A stretch of DNA of 62,899 bases, filler included, from Octopus bimaculoides (Eukaryota), in assembly GCF_001194135.2 (NCBI RefSeq). It is 8 parts of 7 records of this genome, joined end to end, with 100 filler letters (N's around TTAATTAATTAA, not from the genome) between each part and the next. Parts side by side here need not be neighbours in the genome. Positions count along the whole stretch, not along the records: positions 9,368 to 32,740 come from NC_068990.1; positions 32,841 to 35,884 come from NW_026320403.1; positions 35,985 to 43,102 come from NC_068988.1; 5 more parts are not named here. One strand, 5' to 3'. The notes under the pieces are model-generated. The model saw only the letters and a program-made list of their open reading frames with translations, ran no database searches and was not told the DNA's origin. Shown piece by piece: positions 26,759 through 39,132 of this stretch. The first letter of the stretch is position 1. Every line of letters starts with the position of its first letter. A program made the position numbers and the translations under genes.

Positions 26759-27052
26759 TTCTATTATTTTCCACCAACAAATATACTAACATTAGTGATA
26801 AAAGAAAGAAGTGATCATCACCATCATAGCATTCACATAAATGGTCAATATTTATTATCGAGACAGCAATTTTCGCTACATCGCTCCCTACCCCGTACAT
26901 ATTCATGTCCTTTTATCTCCCTAACTAATATTCTTATTTTCACCTGCCTCATTGTCAATTGCTGCAATTGCTGCCTCAGTATTGAAGTGTAGCGAAATTA
27001 TTCAAAATTTACTTCTACACTAACAATATGTGATTCAGATATTAGCATCTGG

Positions 27053-27118
<66 letters not shown>

Positions 27119-29611
27119 NNNNNNNNNNNNNNNNNNNNNNNNNNNNNNNNNNNNNNNNNNNNNNNNNNNNNNNNNNNNNNNNNNNNNNNNNNNNNNNNNN
27201 NNNNNNNNNNNNNNNNNNNNNNNNNNNNNNNNNNNNNNNNNNNNNNNNNNNNNNNNNNNNNNNNNNNNNNNNNNNNNNNNNNNNNNNNNNNNNNNNNNNN
27301 NNNNNNNNNNNNNNNNNNNNNNNNNNNNNNNNNNNNNNNNNNNNNNNNNNNNNNNNNNNNNNNNNNNNNNNNNNNNNNNNNNNNNNNNNNNNNNNNNNNN
27401 NNNNNNNNNNNNNNNNNNNNNNNNNNNNNNNNNNNNNNNNNNNNNNNNNNNNNNNNNNNNNNNNNNNNNNNNNNNNNNNNNNNNNNNNNNNNNNNNNNNN
27501 NNNNNNNNNNNNNNNNNNNNNNNNNNNNTATATATATACATACATATTTAAAAACACATAATGACTCACACAAACGCGCGCATACACTCACATATAAAAC
27601 AAACATTGCTTTTTTCTTCTAGATCATCTTTTTATAACAATATTCAATATATATACATTCCTGTATGCCAATACTATATACTCAGAGAGAAAACAAAAAA
27701 TAATCAAATATAAATAACAAAAGGGAAGGTACATAAAGCACGAAAAATACACCAATAAGCAAGAATTGTTAGTATTACCAGAAAAGAAAATACACTTATG
27801 CACATGCACTCATACAAAACATGAAAAAAATATTTTAAAAAAGGAAAATATATAAAAAAGATAAAAGTTAATTAGAGTTTCTAAGTCAATGATTTTCGAG
27901 TCATAGAATAGTTTACCATAATTTAGTTGGGTTTTGTTGGTTTCCTAATTGTTCGTTACAAATAGTTGCTCCATATTCTGCATTTGTAGTTTATTCTCAT
28001 TTATACATCAAATTACTTCGAATAAATGCCAAATAAAGTATAACGAAAATGAAGATGATTATAATCTTGGATGGAACGAACACAAACATACACAGGACAT
28101 ATATATATATATATATATACATATAGATTTATACATATATATATATATACATATATACATACGCACACACATTCATATACGCGTACACGTATACATACGC
28201 ACGCTCTCATACATGCCTACATACACAGTTGTGTACGTTATGGTTTTCGCAAATGTTTGTAGTATATCCAGGTATCTAAGGACGGTTCATCAAAATAGTA
28301 TCCTTTAATATTTTCATCATGAAAGTGATATATTTACATAAACAAATGTATGTTTAACATTTGCTGAAATAATTTGAGCCAGCTAAAAAGATCATCCAAA
28401 CAGAAATCTGAGCTGCTGGTATTTTAGTTACCGGATTTTATAAGAAATTTGTGTAATCTATGATGCAAATCATACTCCAAGAAATTTAAATCTAAAGGTG
28501 TATATAATGAGTTACTAACAAATGATCAAGCAGTTTCATTTTGTTTTACGTTTGTTTTCTTCCTTCAGTCAAGCTGTGTTCTGATATTTGTCAACAGGCT
28601 GCTCACTGATCTCCAGAAAACAATATTTAGTCCGCATTAGTTATCTAATTTAAACGTTGCGTCAAACTAGCCAGCTCCCGTGAAAATAAACGATATAAAT
28701 TTGCTTATTGCCCTTCATTATATATACCAATATATCGGTAGCCGTAAAACAGCAAGTACCAGCTATGTTATCTGAGTTCTTTTCGAAAATTGATGAGTAG
28801 ATTACCAATAGATTTGATATACGATGTTAAAGAACATAACTTTGGTTTGTCAAAGACAAAGATGAGCAATAGATAATATTGCACAGGTTGACTATTGGTT
28901 AACTTACTCCTGTTTATTAGTTTGTTCAACCATGTTATGACATGAGACAAAAACAGCATAATTTATCGAAATCACTTGCAGACGTGTCAAAATTCGTTTT
29001 TGCCACTCCGAACGTGCAGACTCAGACACAATACTAGACATTAACGCATATTGTGTACGTGTATGTGCGTGTGTGGGCGTGTATATGTACTATTTTGTAC
29101 TGCAGATTATATCAATAGAATTTTAGTTATCAACGTGCATTTGGACACATACACCTTTCTATTTTATACAATATTTTAACAGAGTAAAAGAGAACGGGGG
29201 AAATTCAGTTCTGTGGTAATACTATTTACTCGTTTTAACTGTCCACAAAATCAAGTCTTATAAACAACTATTGTTAATAGTACGTCAGGCTCTCCCTCAA
29301 GTATGTATATATATGTATATACATGTATCTATATATATGTATATATATGTATATATATGTATATGTTTGTATATATATGTATATATATGTATGTATATAT
29401 ATGTATATATATATATTTAATTATATGTATTTATTTTATCCTAATAAATAATAATTCGGATAGAATAAATGGGTTAATAGAAACCAAGGTAGCAAAGATC
29501 ACAAAATAACTGTGGTGTATTTCCTGTTAATGAGGCAGAAACTCCTTGATATTTTGGGTATTTGAGTATATATAAAAATTTAAGGAATGGAGTAAACGCA
29601 TGTTATGACTG

Positions 29612-29710
29612 CATACTTTATTCCGACATATGTTTCGAAGAATTACAATCTATGCGATCCATAGGAATCGTCGATGTTAAAAATGTAAACTTCTCCTCAG
29701 GGAATGTATG
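29612..29710 (-). ncRNA. Type I hammerhead ribozyme, canonical core
   Basis: CAUAC-AUUCC-CUGAGGA-GAAG...CUUC-GAAA-C(AUAU)GUC|GGAAU-AAA-GUAUG. Stem I is 5+5 bp with an AAA bulge, stem II opens with G10.1-C11.1, and the cleavage triplet is GUC. Confidence 0.85.
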
Positions 29711-29974
29711 GGAACCATCTTAAGCGTAAGACATTATGACGGAGTATGATAACTATAGTTGGATAAGGTTATGACGTAATTCATTCGACGCTACCAGATA
29801 GTAGGTTGAAAAAAAACAGGAAGAGATAGAGAGAAAGGAAAATTCAGATTGTAGATTTGTGAGTAGATAGGATAATATAGATCTAATAAATTTTTTTTTT
29901 ATTTCAGAGGAATGTTATGTAAAAAAAGGGCAATATAATTGGGGTTAATACTGTGTTTCTATGAAAAAATTGAG

Positions 29975-30114
29975 ATGAATGTACATAAACACTTATACTT
30001 ACGTGTATGCTAATATATATACACGCAAACAAATCAGCATTTACTCCCATAAATTCATGTATGTATATTTATATACATACCCACGTCAAAACTCACACTC
30101 ATATATACATACGA

Positions 30115-30177
<63 letters not shown>

Positions 30178-30389
30178 TATATATACACACATATATATAT
30201 ACACATACATTTACACATAAACACACATACCTACGTATACACAAATACACATATATATGCATATACATACATACACACATACAAATACATATACATTCAT
30301 ACATATATATACACATATACACATGCATACATATACATACATATATACACACATACATACATATACATACAAATACATATACACGCACC

Positions 30390-30439
<50 letters not shown>

Positions 30440-30440
30440 T

Positions 30441-30473
<33 letters not shown>

Positions 30474-31020
30474 CATGTATACACATCCATATGCACACAC
30501 ATACATACCTACATACATATACTCACCTATATATATATATATATACGTATATATATATATGCATAAATATACATATATATATATATATACACACATACGC
30601 ATATATACACATACATACACATACCCAAATATATATATATATATTTACATATATAAAAATACATATACACAAATACGCACCCGTACATATTCACAAATAC
30701 ACTCATATATGAATATATAAAGAAATTTATGCATAAATATATCTGCGCCCAAAAATATACATACATCCAATTAAGCATACGTATATGCATATTTATATAT
30801 TTTTTATAAATAAAAGTAAAAATAAAAATAAAATTAAAAATAAAAATACATATATGTACACAAAAATCTATACAAACACATCTAGTTTCATACAAAAACA
30901 TGAATATATATACACACACACACACACACTCTCCCATAGATACACGTGTATATATAAACACTTATACACGTATACTCATACACACATATATATTTTGTAT
31001 GTATTTGTTGTTACATGAAT
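29975..31020. repeat. About 1 kb degenerate (TA/CA)n microsatellite expansion
   Basis: Visible in sequence. The ORFs here are artefacts. Confidence 0.95.
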
Positions 31021-31605
31021 TTATATAGATATTCATACGTAATTTAATATACTCCCTAGAACGTATGAATAACTGTCGATGTGGTAATTATTAATAAAGT
31101 AGTGGAACATTTAACTGAAGGTGGTTCATATATAAGTGAATGAGATGATAAATGAATAAAAATTAATAAATGAATTATATAATAATAAAGTTAATGGGTT
31201 GTCTATTAATCTACATGAAATGATTATTTTATTATTATATGCTAGGCAAGTTGGGCTGAATTAGGGGTTGAAAGAGTAAATCTTGCTTAAGAAGACAAAG
31301 TCAAAAATATAAAAAGGTTTACTACTGCAATTCCGTAACATATGTGTTAATGTAAAAGTTTTATCGAGAATATTATGGGTGAATTTTACTATACATAAAC
31401 TAAAAATTATGCGCTTTTTTATGTTCAAAAATTTTATATATGTTCTAATTTAGGTTAATAAATAAAGAATGTTTAGATAAATTATGTCAATCGTAAACAA
31501 TTTAAATCTCCTAACACATGCGGAAGTTAATAACATGTTTTACTAGAACTATTTGATAGCGTTTTATTTGAACTATTTGATAGCGTTTTATAAAAACAGT
31601 GATTG

Positions 31606-32538
31606 TTATTTAAATGCTGAAAATACATGTTGTTGCCAATGTTTACATCTGTAAGAATTTTCTATGAACGTGTTTACCAGGTTATTCTTGGAAAATAAAA
31701 TAAAGTAGAGTTCGCTAATACATAAGGAGCAGAATTTTCCACCCTTTTCATATGGCCTAGAAATAGAAAGAATTAGCCAGTCTAGTTTAAATTTTATGTT
31801 ATTATGTTTAAGTTCCCAAACTAGTTTGCTAAGGCTCATAGTATTACGTTTGTTTCTATCTCTAAATGTCGAGAAATGATTAGAAATTCTGGTGGATAAT
31901 GGTGAAGAAGAAGATCCAACATAAAAGTGAATATTTGTAGGAGTACTAACTTGGCATTGGTAGATAGTGTTTTTGAGTTTCGCATTATCACTTAAAAAAT
32001 TAATTCTTTTGCTATTAACTTCAGAAATAATGATTTTGGTGTTGTGACTAATACTATTATGTATCATGTTATTATTATTGTTCCCTATATTATTATTAGT
32101 TCTATTATTGTTATTTTGGTAAGGCTTAATACTGTCTGGCTCAATATTATTAATGTTGGATCTCTCTAGTGGATGTAAAAGCCTCATATTGTGTGCAGAT
32201 ATTATCTGTGAAATGCTCCTCATGTTAGAGAAACTGAATCTAACCTTGTGTGTATTTATGACTGGGGAGTAATGAAAATGTTTTGGAAAATTCTTATTAA
32301 TAGCGTTTTGGAACTGGGATACCAAGTTTGATTTTACACTTTTGCTAAAAGGCAATATTATCCAGACATTTGTATTAGGTTCTGGTTTAGAATATTTGCT
32401 AGTATTATTTATAAATAGTCTTAGTTTATTATTATCATTGAAACAGGGTTTAAGCTGACGGTTACTTCCCCTATTTCGTGAAAAAATGTTTAGCTGGTTA
32501 TTATCGTTAATGAATTTATGATGGAAGTTATATCTCAC
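31606..32538 (-). CDS. Penelope-like element C-terminal region with GIY-YIG endonuclease (open frame, no RT core)
   Basis: WIILPFSKSVK...NFPK...KVRFSFSNM...IISAHN (post-RT region), then TIY191-193, YVG206-208, R217, H221, C270xxC273, E276, N289, C298xH300. It starts at GTG, with an in-frame TGA 8 codons upstream; the first ATG is codon 106. Confidence 0.85.
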   Translation of the reverse strand: MRYNFHHKFINDNNQLNIFSRNRGSNRQLKPCFNDNNKLRLFINNTSKYSKPEPNTNVWIILPFSKSVKSNLVSQFQNAINKNFPKHFHYSPVINTHKVRFSFSNMRSISQIISAHNMRLLHPLERSNINNIEPDSIKPYQNNNNRTNNNIGNNNNNMIHNSISHNTKIIISEVNSKRINFLSDNAKLKNTIYQCQVSTPTNIHFYVGSSSSPLSTRISNHFSTFRDRNKRNTMSLSKLVWELKHNNIKFKLDWLILSISRPYEKGGKFCSLCISELYFILFSKNNLVNTFIENSYRCKHWQQHVFSAFK

Positions 32539-32617
32539 GTCTGTTTTCTTTCCTCCACTTCATTCTGTATTTCATATCTTCTCTATAATAACTATTGCGA
32601 AACCATTTTCTCGTACC

Positions 32618-32665
32618 GTCTCTGATGAAGGGATATATAAAATATCCCGGAAACAGCTGTAAGAT
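32618..32665 (+). ncRNA. Minimal type I hammerhead ribozyme in a PLE-type terminal unit
   Basis: GUCU-CUGAUGA-A-GGGAUAU(AUAAA)AUAUCCC-G-GAAA-C(AGCU)GUA|AGAU. Stem II is 7 bp, stem III is the palindrome ACAGCUGU, and there is an A.G juxtaposition at the base of stem II. Confidence 0.75.
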
Positions 32666-32979
32666 CTTCTCTTTATAAATGTTCTGAAAGCTTTCCCAGC
32701 CTTGGATTTTTTCATCTCATTCTGTTAATTTATATATATANNNNNNNNNNNNNNNNNNNNNNNNNNNNNNNNNNNNNNNNNNNNTTAATTAATTAANNNN
32801 NNNNNNNNNNNNNNNNNNNNNNNNNNNNNNNNNNNNNNNNCTCGCCATCTCCTACACACACATTCTTTTGTTTCTTTCCCTCTTCCTGACCTACTCCTTC
32901 TCTCTCTTCTCCCTTATTCTCTTTTCCATTTCTATATATTATATATATTCGTGTGCGTCTTTGTGTGTGTGTGTGTGTT

Positions 32980-33014
<35 letters not shown>

Positions 33015-33148
33015 TAGGGAAAAGAACCAAGGTTCATGAATTCATCGATGAAAACCCACTGTCACATATAGAAAAATTAATAAGTAAAAGCACAATAAAT
33101 AAGTATAATATAATACAAAGTGAATATCATAAGATATAGATAATAAAA

Positions 33149-33264
33149 CGACTACACGTGTTTCACAAACAATTTTCAAATAGAAAGAAAATTTAAATCG
33201 ATTAAAATCGATTAAAACTATCGAAAATCAATTCTATTCAAAAATATAGCTAATCTTCAGGTCA
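33149..33264 (-). ncRNA. Type I hammerhead-like motif with very long stem II
   Basis: UGAC-CUGAAGA-[about 85 nt including a 13-bp helix UUUUUGAAUAGAA/UUCUAUUUGAAAA]-GAAA-C(ACGU)GUA|GUCG. Stem III is the palindrome ACACGUGU. The base of stem II is poorly paired. Confidence 0.6.
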
Positions 33265-33270
33265 AAATAC

Positions 33271-33319
<49 letters not shown>

Positions 33320-34510
33320 GAATGTATATATCAACTAACAATAAATAACAAATGAATGTATATAAAATACTTATTATATTAAGATAGAAAAATATATTAT
33401 TAAAAATATCAAAATAATAAACATTCCATAATGAATCCTACGTCCATTATAATATAAGCTAACAGGAATATTATATGCAAAAATCAACTAAACGAATTTT
33501 TCGTTTAAAATACAATTTAAACGAAGTTTTAGGTTGAAATAATAAAGATAGAATTAGCACATTTAAAAGAAGTCTGGTGAAAATATTGCGTAAAGAAAAG
33601 GAATAGAAATAAAAATATGAATGAAAATATTACTATGAGAGAAAGATTAAACTTTATATAACATAAGTCACAATAAAACAATTAACGATATTGTATAATC
33701 AAAGAAATTAAATAAAAAGACTAGTTATTTATCGCATAAAATAGAAAAAATATTAAACAGAATTAATAGAAAAGCTTTCAACCCTAATCAAATCGAAGTC
33801 TTAGTTTAGGCTAAAATGATACGCTTACTTCTAATTAATTTAGTGTTAAAAAAGGTATCGACTAAAATTATCATTCAAAATCAATTGAATAGTATAAAAA
33901 TACAAAAATACATATTTTTTTCAAACAATGATATAAAGTAATTTCACAAAGTAAAAGCGATACTTATCAAAAAGTTGCTGTAGTTCAAACTAAGACTTAG
34001 ACGTTAAACTCAGAACTAGAGCGCTTATTAGAGAGATGTCGTGCGAAAATACTACGTTAAGATAGAGAATAGAATATAAAAACATGAATGAAAGAATTAT
34101 TCATAAAATCATGAATGAAAGATTTAAACTTTATATAACTTACATCGTAAAAACAGCAAAACATATTGTAAAACATATTAATGAATTTTAAATTCTAAGT
34201 AATAAAAAAATTTAAATAATAAGACTAAGAAACATAAATTAAATAATATATATGAAATAAGCTAAAATACTACTATTAATTTAATCGTATAAAAATCGTA
34301 GTGTCATTACAATATTAAATCCTTAAACTCACTAAAATATTAACCTACCAATAAATACACAATTAATAAATATAAATAACTACTACAATTAGTAAAGAAG
34401 GAATAGTATAAACAAATACACTCCAACACACGCCCTCACACATACATATATATATACATATATACAAACACATACAAAGATACATACATATATACATACA
34501 TATACATATA

Positions 34511-35491
34511 TATACACACATATACATACATACATATATATTATATATACCAATATATACACATATCTTCTAACTTTTACTTGTTTCGGTCACTAGACTG
34601 CGGCTATGCTTGAGGCATGTCCTTGAAGAACTTTTTAAATAAATAAATAAAGACAACGATAAACAACATCGCAAATTGTATTGGCAATCCAGTGACTCAA
34701 CTCCANNNNNNNNNNNNNNNNNNNNNNNNNNNNNNNNNNNNNNNNNNNNNNNNNNNNNNNNNNNNNNNNNNNNNNNNNNNNNNNNNNNNNNNNNNNNNNN
34801 NNNNNNNNNNNNNNNNNNNNNNNNNNNNNNNNNNNNNNNNNNNNNNNNNNNNNNNNNNNNNNNNNNNNNNNNNNNNNNNNNNNNNNNNNNNNNNNNNNNN
34901 NNNNNNNNNNNNNNNNNNNNNNNNNNNNNNNNNNNNNNNNNNNNNNNNNNNNNNNNNNNNNNNNNNNNNNNNNNNNNNNNNNNNNNNNNNNNNNNNNNNN
35001 NNNNNNNNNNNNNNNNNNNNNNNNNNNNNNNNNNNNNNNNNNNNNNNNNNNNNNNNNNNNNNNNNNNNNNNNNNNNNNNNNNNNNNNNNNNNNNNNNNNN
35101 NNNNNNNNNNNNNNNNNNNNNNNNNNNNNNNNNNNNNNNNNNNNNNNNNNNNNNNNNNNNNNNNNNNNNNNNNATACATACATATATACATACATATACA
35201 TATATATACACACACGCAGACATATATGTATTTATGTATATATATATAGCTAGATATAAATACATACATACTCATACATATACACATGTATACATATATA
35301 CACACATATACATACATACATATATATTATATATACCAATATATACACATATCTTCTAACTTTTACTTGTTTCGGTCACTAGACTGCGGCTATGCTTGAG
35401 GCATGTCCTTGAAGAACTTTTTAAATAAATAAATAAAGACAACGATAAACAACATCGCAAATTGTATTGGCAATCCAGTGACTCAACTCCA
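34511..35491. repeat. Identical ~195-bp segments on both sides of an N gap (34511-34704 = 35298-35491)
   Basis: The same sequence, including a SINE A tail remnant, ends just before the gap and reappears after it. Probably an unmerged contig overlap. Confidence 0.85.
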
Positions 35492-35984
35492 ACCGCGATC
35501 AAAACAATCAAGAGGGGAAAAGAAAACCATAATGTCTAAAACATGTTTAGGAATTTCAGAGTCAGAATTTCTCGATAAAAAATACCGTTATTAGTAGGAA
35601 CATTATTTTAGGATTTGAACACAAAACTCAAGATTTTGTAACGAAGTTTGCAATGTATTTTGTCGAACACTCTACCAATTTTCTTATCCAGGAACACTAT
35701 TTTTTTTTCAGATGTTTAATTGCAAGCATTTGAGGAAAAGTGATATGTCAATTATAACGATCTGCTGACTACAGTACGAGTAATTTGTTTTATAGAGACC
35801 GGAAGGATAACTGAACGTCGGTTGCATGTATATGTGTGTGGGTGTGTGTGTGTGTATACAGAGAGAGAGAGAGAGAGAGAGAGANNNNNNNNNNNNNNNN
35901 NNNNNNNNNNNNNNNNNNNNNNNNNNNNTTAATTAATTAANNNNNNNNNNNNNNNNNNNNNNNNNNNNNNNNNNNNNNNNNNNN

Positions 35985-37570
35985 GTGGTGGTGGTGGCGG
36001 TGGTAGAGGTGATGATAGTGGTGGTGATGGCGGTGGTGGTGGTGGTGGTGGTGGTGATGCAATCGTTGTCGTTGCTGTGGGTGATAGTGATGGTAGCACC
36101 AATGACAGCGATGGAGCTGATGCTGCTCATGATGACAGCGGGATCGGAACAACAATGATGACGATGGTGACGATAGTGCTGATGGAGATGATGATGGAGA
36201 TGATGATGTTTATGTAGCTGATACCCCTTATTATTAACGAGAAGAAGCAGACTAGACGAAACAACATTATTAACACTGAGAGAACACAACTGATAAGGGT
36301 CTGCCTCTGGGTGGGAGGGAGGGCGGAGCGGGGNNNNNNNNNNNNNNNNNNNNNNNNNNNNNNNNNNNNNNNNNNNNNNNNNNNNNNNNNNNNNNNNNNN
36401 NNNNNNNNNNNNNNNNNNNNNNNNNNNNNNNNNNNNNNNNNNNNNNNNNNNNNNNNNNNNNNNNNNNNNNNNNNNNNNNNNNNNNNNNNNNNNNNNNNNN
36501 NNNNNNNNNNNNNNNNNNNNNNNNNNNNNNNNNNNNNNNNNNNNNNNNNNNNNNNNNNNNNNNNNNNNNNNNNNNNNNNNNNNNNNNNNNNNNNNNNNNN
36601 NNNNNNNNNNNNNNNNNNNNNNNNNNNNNNNNNNNNNNNNNNNNNNNNNNNNNNNNNNNNNNNNNNNNNNNNNNNNNNNNNNNNNNNNNNNNNNNNNNNN
36701 NNNNNNNNNNNNNNNNNNNNNNNNNNNNNNNNNNNNNNNNNNNNNNNNNNNNNNNNNNNNNNNNNNNNNNNNNNNNNNNNNNNNNNNNNNNNNNNNNNNN
36801 NNNNNNNNNNNNNNNNNNNNNNNNNNNNNNNNNNNNNNNNNNNNNNNNNNNNNNNNNNNNNNNNNNNNNNNNNNNNNNNNNNNNNNNNNNNNNNNNNNNN
36901 NNNNNNNNNNNNNNNNNNNNNNNNNNNNNNNNNNNNNNNNNNNNNNNNNNNNNNNNNNNNNNNNNNNNNNNNNNNNNNNNNNNNNNNNNNNNNNNNNNNN
37001 NNNNNNNNNNNNNNNNNNNNNNNNNNNNNNNNNNNCAATCACAACAATAACAACAACCACCACCACCACCATCATCATCATCAACATCATTATCCTCAAC
37101 GTCACCATTATCCCTACCACCACCCATAACTGCCACTACCACCACCACCACCACCATCTTCATCATCATCACCATGATCATCATCCTCATTGTTGTCATC
37201 GTCATCACGAGCAACAACAGCAAGAACCACAGCAACAACGACCACATAAGTGACATTAATAGCTTACTGATAAATGTCTTATTTATCTCTTGGGACATCA
37301 ACAGTTTAACATCTCACAATCGTCATCATCGTCATCACCGTCATCACCACCGCCAACACCATCATCATCATTATCACCACTGCCACCACCACCACCACCA
37401 CCACCACCACCACCACAACCATCATCATCATCATCACCATCGTTGCCACCATTACTATCATTGTCATCGTCGGCATTTTCGTCATTGACAACAATAACAT
37501 CAACAATTGTATAATAAGAACGACAGTAATTAGTGCAGAAACAAATAATCTTACAACAACAACAACAACC
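35985..37570. repeat. Degenerate (CAT/CAC/GTG)n trinucleotide low-complexity tract
   Basis: Visible in sequence. The poly-His, poly-Pro and poly-Met ORFs are artefacts. Confidence 0.9.
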
Positions 37571-37763
37571 GTAACATGACTAACAATAACAACGATTTAT
37601 TAAAACAGACATCTGTGTCTCATACTTAAAGTATACACACCGTTGATACCCTTGTTACTGAGGTATTTGTCCAGAAATAACTTTGAAAAATCTGGCAACG
37701 GCTGACGGAGGTGCCACTTGCATTTCGGCTTTTGTGGTTTTCCTAATAGCAAAACTTAATTTC

Positions 37764-37814
<51 letters not shown>

Positions 37815-37829
37815 GTCTATCACTTTTTC

Positions 37830-37915
<86 letters not shown>

Positions 37916-38113
37916 NNNNNNNNNNNNNNNNNNNNNNNNNNNNNNNNNNNNNNNNNNNNNNNNNNNNNNNNNNNNNNNNNNNNNNNNNNNNNNNNNNNNN
38001 NNNNNNNNNNNNNNNNNNNNNNNNNNNNNNNNNNNNNNNNNNNNNNNNNNNNNNNNNNNNNNNNNNNNNNNNNNNNNNNNNNNNNNNNNNNNNNNNNNNN
38101 NNNNNNNNNNNNN

Positions 38114-38398
38114 TTGTGAGTGGATTTGGTAGACGGAAACTGAAAGAAGCCCGTCGTATATATGTATATATATATATATATATGTGTGTGTGTGGTTGTG
38201 TGTCTGTGTTTGTCACCCAACATCACTTGACAACTGATGCTGGTGTGTTTACGTCCCCGTAACTTAGCGGTTCGGCAAAGGAGACCGATAGAATAAGTAC
38301 TAGGCTTCCAAAGAATAAGTCCTGGGGTCGATTTGATTCGACTAAAGGCGGTGCTCCAGCATGGCCACAGTCAAATGACTGAAACAAGTAAAAGATTA
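38114..38398 (+). mobile_element. SINE family A (5' end lies in the gap)
   Basis: Near-identical to the 3' two thirds of 41355-41772. Confidence 0.9.
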
Positions 38399-38784
38399 AG
38401 AGATGACAGTATCAACATTAACACCAATATCAGCACCGACAACAACAACAACAACAACAACAACACCAACTTCGGCAATGAAACCAGCAACAACACTAAG
38501 AACAACCACTATGGAGATGTCATTTTACAAATCCTCATTACAGCGCCGTCGCAGTTGATTCTCTGGAGACAACTTAGAGATATTGACACGACGTAGTCTC
38601 ATCTGACTCGATAACTCTATAGCTATTCTCCCACCGCAACACTTACGTCCCGCCAGACCTTCCTCCACAAGCATCAGATCTGCTTACACTAGTTACACCC
38701 TATTTTCCACCTGTCCCCACTATCACAGCTAAACAAGCCCTGGTGGAGAGTGTCTGACGGTTTTTCAATACAATATGTCCCTCT

Positions 38785-39132
38785 GTACTTTTATTCTTTC
38801 ATTTGTTTTAGTCATTTGACTGCGGTCATGCTGGAGCACCACCTTTCCTCAAACAAATCCGTCCCAGGACTTATTCTTTATGAGCCAAATACTTATTCTA
38901 TCGGTACATTTTTTCGAACCGCTAATTTACCAACATCGGTTGTCAAGCGATGGTGGGGGACAAACGCAGGCACACAAACATACATACACACACACGAACA
39001 CACACATATACATATGTACGATGGGCATCTTTCAGTTTCCGTCTACCAAATCCACTCACAAGGCTTTGGTCGGCCCGAGGCTATAGTAGGAGACATTTGC
39101 CCAAGGTGCCACGCAGTGGGACTGAGCCCGGA
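38785..39132 (-). mobile_element. SINE family A, 5' truncated
   Basis: Reverse complement of the family A body and tail. Confidence 0.88.

Noticed and set aside
31547-31592. 21-bp local duplication gaactatttgatagcgtttta just 3' of the EN stop as a TSD
   Set aside because: The copies are adjacent, not flanking an insert, so this is simple slippage.
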